Assembly (NCBI GenBank): GCA_002269645.1
Contig: NIVC01001086.1
Span: forward strand, 1-64,000
Length of the DNA: 64,000 nt
Direction of reading: 5' to 3'
Source: Macrostomum lignano
Taxonomy: Eukaryota
Below, piece after piece: positions 20,519 through 40,696 of this stretch (the first letter of the stretch is position 1; each line of letters begins with the position of its first letter). A program made the position numbers and the translations under genes. Below the pieces are notes generated by a model, which was not told where the DNA came from, searched no databases, and saw only the letters and a list, made by a program, of their open reading frames with translations.

Positions 20519-23240
20519 ATGGCGGTTTGCGTGGCCGGCGCCGGCTCGGCCAGCAGGCGCGGCAGTGTCGGCCGGTGCCACGAGTGCAGCAAGGACCTCG
20601 GCTCCAGCAGCAGCAGCAGCAGCAGCGAACCGGAGGCGGCGCCGGAGGCCGACGAAGAGCTGCAGAAAAACCGGAGACAGCCGTCGCCTCGACAGCTTTC
20701 TCGCCGTTCGTCGGTGCCGCAGGTGCTCCGGCCGGTGCCGCCAGACGGGCGGAAGCTGGTGCTGCACTTTGACGCCAGAAATACCATCTTTGTGGCGGAC
20801 CTGTTCTCCAGAATCACCGTTGAGATGGCCTTGAACACCTACATATCCGGCGTTGTTTGGGGTCAGTGACCTGTTTGCTCTTGATCTGATTGGATTTTTT
20901 TTCAGAATGTACGAGAGCTTGAGGAAGAGGACTTGATCGTGTAGATATGTCTTAGCTGCCTGGCTGTCTTTGTGTCAATTTTAGCATTTGTTTCAGCGTC
21001 TGTCTTAGTGCCTGTCCTAGCGCCAATGTCAGTGCCTGTCCTAGCGCCAATGTCAGTTCCTGTCCTAGCGCCAATGTCAGTGCCTGTCCTAGCGCCAATG
21101 TCAGTGCCTGTCCTAGCGCCAATGTCAGTGCCTGTCCTAGCGCCAATGTCAGTTCCTGTCCTAGCGCCAATGTCAGTTCCTGTCCTAGCGCCAATGTCAG
21201 TTCCTGTCCTAGCGCCAATGTCAGTGCTTGTCCTAGCGCCAATGTCAGTGCCTGTCCTAGCGCCAATGTCAGTTCCTGTCCTAGCGCCAATGTCAGTGCT
21301 TGTCCTAGCGCCAATGTCAGTGCCTGTCCTAGCGCCAATGTCAGTTCCTGTCCTAGCGCCAATGTCAGTGCCTGTCCTAGCGCCAATGTCAGTGCCTGTC
21401 CTAGCGCCAATGTCAGTGCCTGTCCTAGCGCCAATGTAATTGCTTAGCGTTAATATTTGTGGATCCTCTATGGTATTTGTAGCATCCTCTATGATTTTGG
21501 TCTTTGTCCTAGTCTAAGTGGAGCCGGTCTCAAGGCCTGTCTTATTGTCGATCTGTCCGTCGATCGCCCCCGAACTCAGCAGTCCCAAAATCTCTCTCTG
21601 CCCTGTCCAGGCGAGGAGCAGCAGGACGGCGGCTGGCACTGCATCAGCGATGCGCCCTCGCTGTACCCGCCTCGGCCGGGCGTCACATCGCTCTACAAGC
21701 TGTTCGAGCGCGCCATCGTCCGCGTTCCGGAGGACCGCCAGCGGCTGCGCGAGACTCTCGGCAACTTTACGGAGCAGCCGCACGGCAGGCGATTCAGGCG
21801 CCTCTTCCAGGAGAAGCTGCGCCGCCTCCGCTGGCCCTACGAGGCGGCGAACGACAAGCTGACTGTGACGGGGCAAGACGGCAGCGCCTACCACTACCTG
21901 TTGCCGTCCTTCCTCAACCTCGTGCAGGCTCTGGAAGCCTCCGGTCGCGAGTTCTGCATCGTTATTCGCACCTTCGGCAGGGACGCGCCGCACATCCTCA
22001 ACGCGCTGGATATGCTGGCTAAAGGTCAACATCCGGGATATCCTCGCCGCCTGGACATGAAGGTCAACCTGGAGCCGGAGCGATTCCAACGCCTGGCAGC
22101 TGATAAGTTTCGCTATTTGCGCAGCGACGGGGTCGAGCTCACCCAGGAGAGGCAGGTGTACGAGCACTGGAGCTCTTCCTGCGGTGCAATGGCTGTAGTT
22201 GATGATTTCGCATTCTGGCAGGTTCGTTTTTGATGCTTGCGACCTGAAAATCATTGTTGCTCAAAATCCGTATATGTATCTACATTACCAAAGCTGTGCA
22301 CTCCCATTATAAAAGAGTGAATATCGCAACCCAACCTAACTATGTCCTTATGTACTTATGTCCATAAAATTGCTTAAAACATTGCACTAAAGCACCAAGG
22401 ACGACAAACGTATCCTTTTTTCTATCTACTATGGTAATATAGGGGTTCAGTCTACTAGGGGTCAGAGCGTCGGACTTACGATTGAAAGGTCGGGGATTCG
22501 ATTCTCGACCTACTTGGAACAATTTGTGACATTCAGCAAGACACTTACTCTTCTGCATTGCTTCAGTTCACCCAGCTGTAAAATGGGTGCCAGTATTAGC
22601 TGGGGTTATTGAGGGTGTGCAGTGTGTGTCGACTCCCCAGTCCTTGGACTGAACAGCCGTACGCAGCCTTCCTATGCGTCACGCAATAGCTGTGGCTGAG
22701 CTGTCGGTTGCACATCTGTCCATTAGGGCAGGTGTAATCAATAATAATTATTATTATTATTACTATTATTATTCTATCGTTGAGTCTTCTTAAGTAGTTC
22801 TAGCTAAAACACATACTCATGCTCATAGCAAAATCCTCTGACTTGTACTCTTACTTATATAATGTTACTATTACTCATATTCATACTCACTATTGAAATT
22901 GCTCCTTACTCGAAACGGGCAGGTTAACAACTATAGCAGCAGCGCCTCCAAGCTGCTCTGGTTCGATCCGCGCGACACCCGCATTCAACATATCATCTTT
23001 GACGACAACATCCGCGTATTCGACGAGGATAGTATAGTACATTTTCGATCGTTCGAGACTGCGACGGACGAGGGGACGGACTGTCCGCCGGAGCGTCTGC
23101 AGAGCCTCGAGAATGCGTTGTTTGTTACAGCTGACCTGCTGGAGAGCAGCAGCGATGCGAACTACTTCATTGACAGGGTGTTGCAGTGCGAGGTCAACTA
23201 CGATCGGCTATGCAGCGAGTTTCCGGCTGTCGACAGTTAG
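20519..23240 (+). CDS. Uncharacterised HAD-like protein; exons 20519-20861, 21611-22221, 22923-23240; about 423 aa (alternative upstream ATG at 20339)
   Basis: Phase-compatible GT-AG junctions. LVLHFDARNTIF (degenerate motif I-like), IVIRTFGRD (motif II-like) and IIFDDNI (motif IV-like) occur in HAD order. Confidence 0.7.
21005..21437. repeat. 24-bp minisatellite TCAGTGCCTGTCCTAGCGCCAATG in intron 1 of the HAD-like gene
   Basis: About 18 near-perfect units. Confidence 0.95.
22441..22773 (+). mobile_element. tRNA-derived SINE with CORE-like central domain and (ATT)n tail, in intron 2 of the HAD-like gene
   Basis: tRNA-like head with a B-box (GGATTCGATTC, ~22494). TGTGACATTCAGCAAGACACTTAC...CTTCAGTTCACCCAGCTGTAAAATGGG (22525-22587) aligns by eye to the MIR CORE consensus. 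ATT-repeat tail at 22740-22773. Confidence 0.7.
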
Positions 23241-23419
23241 ACAGCAGCTGGACCCATAGGGGGTAGGGGCTCTTACTTTGTAGTAAGGTTTTTTTTAACC
23301 TAAACTAGTCCAGTCGCCACTCGATACGTCAGCTGTTACATCGTCTAATCTCGATATTGTTTATAATTTTCTAATGCATTGAGGTGTGGCTAAATGTTCG
23401 TGTCAAGTCGTGTTAGTAG

Positions 23420-23830
23420 GGCTCGGATGTCAGTGCCTGATTAGGGATCCGTTGTGGTAGCAGCCCTCGGGGCTCGGATCTGATTGGCCATAGACATTAG
23501 GCATCCGCTGTGGGGTTTGGAGGCAGCCAGCCGCGGCTCGAATCTGATTGGCCATAGACATTAGGCATCCGCTGTGGGGGCAGCCAGCGGGGCTCGGATT
23601 TGATTGGCCATAGACATTAGGCATCCGCTGTGGGGGGCAGCCAGCCGCGGCTCGGATCTGATTGGCCATAGACATTAGGCATCCGCTGTGGGGTGTGGGG
23701 GCAGCCAGCGGGGCTCGGATCTGATTGGCCATAGACATTAGGCATCCGCTGTGGTGGCAGCCGACATTTGGCATCCGCTGTGGGGGGCAGCCAGCGGGAC
23801 TTGGATCTGATTGGCCATAGACACTAGGCA
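23420..23830. repeat. About six copies of a 56-64 bp unit (GGCTCGGATCTGATTGGCCATAGACATTAGGCATCCGCTGTGGGG...)
   Basis: TGATTGG recurs at 23481, 23545, 23601, 23659, 23722 and 23808. Confidence 0.9.
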
Positions 23831-24587
23831 TTAGGTAAGTCTCGAAAGTGCACTTGATCCAAAACTTTGACAAGACGCAATCCAGTCATTATCGTACATC
23901 CAGTCATTCTCTCGCGTTGGCACAAAAAGCTTGAGTAACTTGCGTTGCATTCCATGGAGTTTATTCATACAGTTGGCCTGCTTGTGGAATATACTATATT
24001 TATGCAATTTAATGCACCTGCAATGCGGTTCATCTTTTGGAAAACATTTCATTCTATTTTAACTGTTCTGATGCATCTGCTGCAATACATTACAATACCC
24101 ATATTTTTTGTGTAAATGTTACAGTAGCACAACCCATATAAGTAACTCCATTGCTCCATTACGCGATTTTTCAAAGTTAAATAATCAAAAATTCAATGAC
24201 GGTGCAATCTCTCTCTGCTCCCTGTCTCTCTTTGCTGTTGTGTTTATTCCCGAGTTCATTTTGCACTCCACTTGTAACTTCTGAGCACACGGCTGCAACT
24301 TCTTCTTGCTTTGAGCACTTTTTTATTAGTTTTATGTAGTGGAGTTCGGCTAGCTGTCCTTAGATTCAAGCCTTCAAACGCTGCTGCTGTGATAACTTCT
24401 TTGCGCTACGGAACTCTTACAGGTATGAAAAAGATTTTTATTCGATTCAAGACTATCCACAGATAAATAGAACCAATGATATTTAAGCTCCGTTGCATCA
24501 CTTACAATTTGAGTACAAATTTGCTCAATCTTCTGCATTCCTTATTTGTCTGAGAGTGCGAGAGGGTAGAAAGAATTGTGGAAAAGT

Positions 24588-25362
24588 AGACAGCAGGGAG
24601 AGTAGAGAGCAGGGAGAGTAGAGAGCAGGGAGAGTAGAGAGCAGGGAGAGTAGAGAGCAGGGAGAGTAGAGAGCAGGGAGAGTAGAGAGCAGGGAGAGTA
24701 GAGAGCAGGGAGAGTAGAGAGCAGGGAGAGTAGAGAGCAGGGAGAGTAGAGAGCAGGGAGAGTAGAGAGCAGGGAGAGTAGAGAGCAGGGAGAGTAGAGA
24801 GCAGGGAGAGTAGAGAGCAGGGAGAGTAGAGAGCAGGGAGAGGAGAGAGCAGGGAGAGTAGAGAGCAGGGAGAGTAGAGAGCAGGGAGAGTAGAGAGCAG
24901 GGAGAGTAGAGAGCAGGGAGAGTAGAGAGCAGGGAGAGTAGAGAGCAGGGAGAGTAGAGAGCAGGGAGAGTAGAGAGCAGGGAGAGTAGAGAGCAGGGAG
25001 AGTAGAGAGCAGGGAGAGTAGAGAGCAGGGAGAGTAGAGAGGAGGGAGAGGAGAGAGCAGGGAGAGGAGAGAGCAGGGAGAGGAGAGAGCAGGGAGAGGA
25101 GAGAGCAGGGAGAGGAGAGAGCAGGGAGAGTAGAGAGCAGGGAGAGTAGAGAGCAGGGAGAGTAGAGAGCAGGGAGAGTAGAGAGCAAGGAAGAGGAGAG
25201 AGCAGGGAGAGTAGAGAGCAGGGAGAGTAGAGAGCAGGGAGAGTAGAGAGCAGGGAGAGTAGAGAGCAGGGAGAGTAGAGAGCAGGGAGAGGAGAGAGCA
25301 GGGAGAGTAGAGAGCAGGGAGAGTAGAGAGCAAGGAAGAGTAGAGAGGGGGAGAGTAGAGAA
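24588..25362. repeat. 16-bp purine-rich minisatellite AGTAGAGAGCAGGGAG
   Basis: About 48 tandem units. Confidence 0.95.
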
Positions 25363-25744
25363 GCTCAACTGAGCAGGCTGAAGTGAACGGCTCGCCATTA
25401 ACAAGCAGCAGGCCGTGTACTTTAAGTTGCGGGCCCATTTCACTCGTATAAATAGGCGCAAATTTCCCAGAGCCTGGTCTCAGAGAAACTTGAAGCAATT
25501 ATTGCCAGATCGCAGTGAAGCGGTAAAGTATTTCAAAAGCAAACAACTTCTCACACAGTATTATTTGTACTTGTGTAAAAAAGTTAAGCTTATTCTCAAA
25601 GTTCGCTCACAGTAACGACAAGATTGCTTTTCTAGGGCAGTAATAATTAAACGCAAGCAGAAAATTTTTCAAAGCGCCGCTCTGTTAAACTACTTAGAGT
25701 AGAAAGTGTTGTAACTTTCCGAACTAAAGGTAGGAGAATTTCAG

Positions 25745-35848
<10,104 letters not shown>

Positions 35849-36934
35849 TTTAAGTGAGGGTTAGAGTTTGTATAAGTTAGGAAGAACTCTGCTTATTTGA
35901 ACTGATACTTCGAATTCCCAATCCGACCCTGCCTAGGGAGGTAAAGTTAAATTCTGCGCCGCGATAATAAAAATGTCTTGATAGAGCATTAAAACAAAAT
36001 AAAAAACATTCGCAATTTCTTGATTATATTGTTAAGTTTTCTGCTAAGACTCATATTTTTCATTAACTAGGTTTTTTCCTCTGCTTTTTCGATAGAACTA
36101 GAGTATTGTCGTAAATTTATGTGCGCTAGCCGCTGCTGCGTTTTACCGCCAGGCAAAAAAGTCCCAACACATGGTGGGCTATCACATAAACAGTTGATCC
36201 CTCTGAATGCTGTACACAAATCTGCGTGTGAAGTTCGAATAATTCCATAAAGTTCGACCGATTCGATGATACTGATGCGATCGACGGGATCACAGACTAA
36301 TATAAACTGAATTGCTGCGAGGATTATTCTATTTCGTTTGCGTAAATGCAATCAAAGATCGCTGGAGTATCGGTATAGTGGTTAATACTTTTCGCAGGAA
36401 CCCAACAATACTCGAATGGTCCTTGAATGCAATCTGAGTGGGTGTTTTCCAATGCAATTCTAGAATATTCCTAACCAGGGAGTTACATATGCAATATTCC
36501 TATTCCTATATGCAACAGTCCAACTAAAACTGCTGTACTTTGCTTTCGATTTACATGTACCACTGCATATACAATCGATTTGGCAAAAAATGGCAAATAA
36601 TATATAATATTTTTATGTAGTAGACAATATATCAATATCTGATTTTAGTTTAATTGATCGACGTTTGCCAAATCAAAATATATAGCTATACATATCGCTG
36701 AAGTGAATTGAAAGAAATAAAAACAGTTTATAGCTAATCCTTGGATCGAGTGAACTGTGCAAGCCCATTACAATCACCAAAACTTGTCTTCCAAAGCGTT
36801 GCACGAGTGTGCCACAGCTGGCGTGTCGCCTGGAGTTAGGTCGTACGGTTCCCCCATTGTGCTCATTGATTTTTCATGAAGCCCGGTATGGCGGAGTAGC
36901 TTAACTATATCCTTACAGATCTCTGCTCAACGGA

Positions 36935-37007
36935 GCCTCCATAGCTCAGTGGCTAGAGCACTGGTCTTGTAAACCAGGAGTCGGGAGTTCGATCCTCCCT
37001 GGGGGCA
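36935..37007 (+). tRNA. tRNA-Thr(TGT), intact
   Basis: GCCTCCA/TGGGGGC acceptor stem, GCTC/GAGC D-stem, CTGGT-CT(TGT)AA-ACCAG anticodon arm, GTTCGA T-loop and a downstream T-rich terminator; 73 nt. Confidence 0.95.
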
Positions 37008-37248
37008 GCCGCTTTTACCCTTTTTACTTTGTTTTAATTAAATTCCTACCACTCGACGTAATGAAGAAATTCAAGGATATTGAATGAACTGTAGGTACCT
37101 GCACTGCAATAACTTATTGACAAACTCTATCGGCCGAAGGCAATTTGTAGTAGCATTTTATAATTCTAATGAATATTAATTTCAGTTTTAAACAACACAA
37201 AGTTATAATTTAAAAAAAGAAAAATAATTTAAATTTATAAAAAAATTC

Positions 37249-37303
37249 TGCCTCTGGGGAGGATCGAACTCCCGACCCCTGGTTTACTAGACCAGTGCTC
37301 TAG
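37249..37303 (-). pseudogene. 3' part of a tRNA-Thr(AGT) gene split by the LTR retrotransposon
   Basis: Minus strand reads CTAG AGCACTGGTCT(AGT)AAACCAGGGGTCGGGAGTTCGATCCTCCCCAGAGGCA, followed by a T-run terminator. Confidence 0.93.
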
Positions 37304-37724
37304 TGTAACGGTTTGGAAATTCTGTAATTCAAATCTAGTTTATTAACATGGTGTATTTTAACTTTATTCAAATCCTTAGCTGTTTAGATTACGTGCGTAA
37401 TTATTCTAGGGTTTTGATATTACGTATTTTGTTAATTTGGTTTCCGTTTCCAAGAAATGCGACTCATAATTTTAACATGTAAGTTCTAGTCTTTTTCTGT
37501 AAGCGTGTGGCAGCCTGGGACGTAGATCAACCTAGCATGTACGTGAGATACAATAATTATAATCAGAGCCGATCACCAGTGTACGCATTCATACTAAGAC
37601 AGTAAGATTTCTTATGCTCCGAGTATAGTAAATCGTCCAGGACTGACAGACGTATCTGCTGAACCATATACGTTGCTAATACTCTCTCTTCGCTAGTAAT
37701 ATTAAATATACCGGACTCGTTACA
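37304..37724 (+). repeat. 5' LTR (421 bp)
   Basis: I found no differences from 45061-45481 on manual comparison. Confidence 0.97.
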
Positions 37725-37730
37725 TCAATT

Positions 37731-37743
37731 TGGAGGTCCCACC
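37731..37743 (+). promoter_or_regulatory. Primer-binding site complementary to the tRNA-Gln 3' end
   Basis: TGGAGGTCCCACC is the reverse complement of GGTGGGACCT-CCA, the 3' end of metazoan tRNA-Gln. It lies 6 nt after the LTR. Confidence 0.8.
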
Positions 37744-38359
37744 ACCGAACTCTTCATATCAGTCATCATCATCAGGCGTCCGTCAGCATTCAGGCTCCCA
37801 TCCTCATCAGGCACTGCGACACGAGAATTTTGGCCGGGTACACAATAGCCATCTGCAACCGCAACCAGGTCCTACACTACAGTATTGCGGCGAGGCTGAG
37901 GCAGCACAATTTCGTTTCAACTTGTCTAAAACCGCGTGAGTCAGCTCTACATCTAGACCCAAGGCCAAGCGAAAACAGTCAATACGCTCGTAGCTACGGC
38001 GCGTCAAAACCCCAGCCGGTCAACTCAGCGTAAACAACACTCAACTGTTCTGAGGTCCGTATAAGCTGCCGACTGAACCGCGAGACCACCACCCCAGCGG
38101 CAGCCACCCCTAAAGGCCACAGCCAATCCGGTCCAAGCGGCAGTACGGCAGGACGGCAGTCTGTACATTGTACTCCACGGCCAATAACCTCCAAGAGTTT
38201 CATCACAGTTGTGAGTGTGGTTGCTTCATTTTGGGCTGTTTAGCTGAGCTTACCTGGCTGTTCAAAGGTGTGTACGCGTGTAGGTTTTTTTTTTTCTTCC
38301 TTTCCTCTCTGTAATCTTAGTCTTCACTTTGCACTGGCACACCTCTTTTTTCTCTCAAT

Positions 38360-40696
38360 ATGTCTGTAGAGCAATCAGCCACTGGAACTCAAGGCGCACC
38401 TCTGGTGGGTGAACCCATAAAGCTGCCTGAGACTGAGAAGGCTCAAAATGAAGCCGAGTTAAACCAAATTGCTACTGAGAGTAGCGTGGGTGCTATTTTA
38501 GGAAGTCTTGACAGAACGCTGGGCAACTTGGATGCTAAGCTTGACTATGCGAGAGTGCCTGAGGCAAAGCTGAAAGCCCCACCTTGCTACCACCCTAAAA
38601 TCAGATTTGAGCTCTGGGAGACACAACTCCGGGCCTATTTAAGCGTTAACAGAGTTCAGCGGGAGCACTGTGGCGGTGTTCTTTTCTCTCTACTATCGCC
38701 AGAAGTCCAAGAGTTTTACTACAATAGCAAACTACAGGATCTAGCTTTTCCAGCAGCATTAGAAGCTCTCCGCGAGCGGTACACGGACTCTAGCAGTGCC
38801 GATAAATTTTACATTGAGCTGACAGTTGCCCACCAAGCTGATGGCGAAGGAATTCAAGAATTCTGTGACCGTCTTGTAGCCCTAGCCACCGCATCCAAAA
38901 TTTCTGCTCCACACAGCGATCCATTGGTTCGGTCACGTTTTTGTTATGGAGTTCTAGACAAAAATCTAGCTGAGAAACTAATTACAATGACCCAGGAGTC
39001 ACCCAAAGCAACCCTTCAAGACCTCCTGAAGAAAGCCAAAAGTTTTCTAGACATTCAGAAGCTGCTGAAACCGACTGAGACAAGCAAGATCCGGCAGTTA
39101 GAAGTAGACGAGATAAGCCGACTCAAAAACAGGATCCAAGAACTTGAGACAGAAGCCAAGCAGAGGGGCAAGTTCGAACACGAATTTAATAGCCAGCCTA
39201 CTGGGGGATTTAGACCACAGGCTTTGCACACTGCCACTGATAAACCACCGAGGTACAATGCGCCTATCACGGGCAGGCACGCAGGCAAGCGGCACTGCTT
39301 CAGGTGCGGTTCAGCTGATCACCTGGTAGCAGAGTGCCCTGGCTCAGGTGCACCTGAAAACGGTAAATTTTCATGGCGCCACCCGAGGCAGCCCACACAG
39401 AAAGGCTCAGCTAAAGTGGAAAAAGAGCTGGGTAGAATTTCCTACTGGTCAAATGCCTACGGATTCATCCAGTCTCTGCCTCTGGGAGATTCTGTTTTCG
39501 TACACTTCTCGCAGCTCAGCAGCGAGTTAAAGGATCTTGTCCCCGCCCATCAGATTGTCGGAGCGCCCGTAGAGTTTATCCGGCTAGCCGACAAGGGCAA
39601 GAAAAACGACCGTGCTGTTGATGTTGTGTGTAGTAACCAGGATGTCCGGTGCAGCCAAACCGTGTCTAGGGCAGAATCCTCCAGCTCCGGGTACTACCTG
39701 CAGGCCACTGTGGGAGACATTAAGCTGATTGGGTGTCTAGATAGTGGTTCAAATGCGTCCATCATCAGCCCAGAAATTCGGGACAAACTGTTAGCAGCCG
39801 ATCCTATCAATAATCGCTTCACGGCCGCAACTACAGTGCAGTCAGCTTCGGGATTCAATGGTGCCTCCAGCCGAATCCTTGGCAAGTTAGTTTGCGAGGT
39901 TCAAGTAGCGAATGAGACAAAGCCGCACGTTTTCCTAGTCATAGAACACTCGATCTCCGACACTCTCTTTGGGATCGACTTCATGCGGAATTTCCAGATT
40001 AATTTATTGGTGGCAGAGGGTCGAGCGACGGCTGGAGGTGAGCTTATTCCTGTCATCGAAGGGGACAGTAGCATCTTCCAAGTCAAGAGAGTGCTGGCGG
40101 CTTGCAATGTCGAACTCCCGCCCAGGTCGGAGACTCTAATCCCTGGGAGGGTGATAGACAGTCAGCCTAACACCTGCGGCTCCGTGGGTGGCAAGATTTT
40201 TGCGAACGACTCGAGCCTCTTAATGGCACACTCGGTAGACCAAGTAAACAGTTCCAATCACATCTTGCTGCGGGTCTTAAACACCAGTGAAGAACCAGTA
40301 TCACTCAGAAGAGAAGATGAAATAGGATCCTTCCAGCAGTTGGGGCCAAACGAGACAATCAGTAAAACTTCAATTTCTGAAAAAGACTTTAAAATCGAAA
40401 ACACTGATCAGCTCCTTAGAAAACTCAATCAGCTGCCTAGTCCAGATGAAGGTACAGCGAAGTGGCTATCAAACCAGTTTCGCCTAACGGAGTCCAAACT
40501 CAGCGAGGAACAGTTGGGAACTACACTGAAAATGCTTAACTATTTCTTAAGTCAAATCTCTCGTAGTGAGCACGATATCTCGAGAACCCAATTGCATGAA
40601 CTAGCTATCGAACTAAAGACCCTAGCTGTAGGCCGATCACGCAGCCATCACGCCGCACCACCCCGGCTCAAAAAGATTTCCTTGACAAATATATAG
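38360..40696 (+). CDS. gag: Gag (capsid, CCHC knuckle), cold-shock domain, aspartic protease, spacer; 5' part of Gag-Pol
   Basis: Capsid-like QADGEGIQEFCDRLVALA; CFRCGSADHLVAEC (39296-39337); CSD YGFI...VFVHFS (39431-39631); LDSGS protease site (~39740). Confidence 0.93.
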   Translation: MSVEQSATGTQGAPLVGEPIKLPETEKAQNEAELNQIATESSVGAILGSLDRTLGNLDAKLDYARVPEAKLKAPPCYHPKIRFELWETQLRAYLSVNRVQREHCGGVLFSLLSPEVQEFYYNSKLQDLAFPAALEALRERYTDSSSADKFYIELTVAHQADGEGIQEFCDRLVALATASKISAPHSDPLVRSRFCYGVLDKNLAEKLITMTQESPKATLQDLLKKAKSFLDIQKLLKPTETSKIRQLEVDEISRLKNRIQELETEAKQRGKFEHEFNSQPTGGFRPQALHTATDKPPRYNAPITGRHAGKRHCFRCGSADHLVAECPGSGAPENGKFSWRHPRQPTQKGSAKVEKELGRISYWSNAYGFIQSLPLGDSVFVHFSQLSSELKDLVPAHQIVGAPVEFIRLADKGKKNDRAVDVVCSNQDVRCSQTVSRAESSSSGYYLQATVGDIKLIGCLDSGSNASIISPEIRDKLLAADPINNRFTAATTVQSASGFNGASSRILGKLVCEVQVANETKPHVFLVIEHSISDTLFGIDFMRNFQINLLVAEGRATAGGELIPVIEGDSSIFQVKRVLAACNVELPPRSETLIPGRVIDSQPNTCGSVGGKIFANDSSLLMAHSVDQVNSSNHILLRVLNTSEEPVSLRREDEIGSFQQLGPNETISKTSISEKDFKIENTDQLLRKLNQLPSPDEGTAKWLSNQFRLTESKLSEEQLGTTLKMLNYFLSQISRSEHDISRTQLHELAIELKTLAVGRSRSHHAAPPRLKKISLTNI

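Noticed and set aside
22441-22515. Third functional tRNA gene
   Set aside because: The anticodon and acceptor stems do not pair, and it continues into a CORE-like body and ATT tail, so it is a SINE head.
40600-40696. Programmed -1 ribosomal frameshift between gag and pol
   Set aside because: There is no canonical slippery heptamer at the homology switch point, the break falls after the protease inside conserved pre-RT sequence, and one extra A in a homopolymer fixes it. Not fully excluded without reads.
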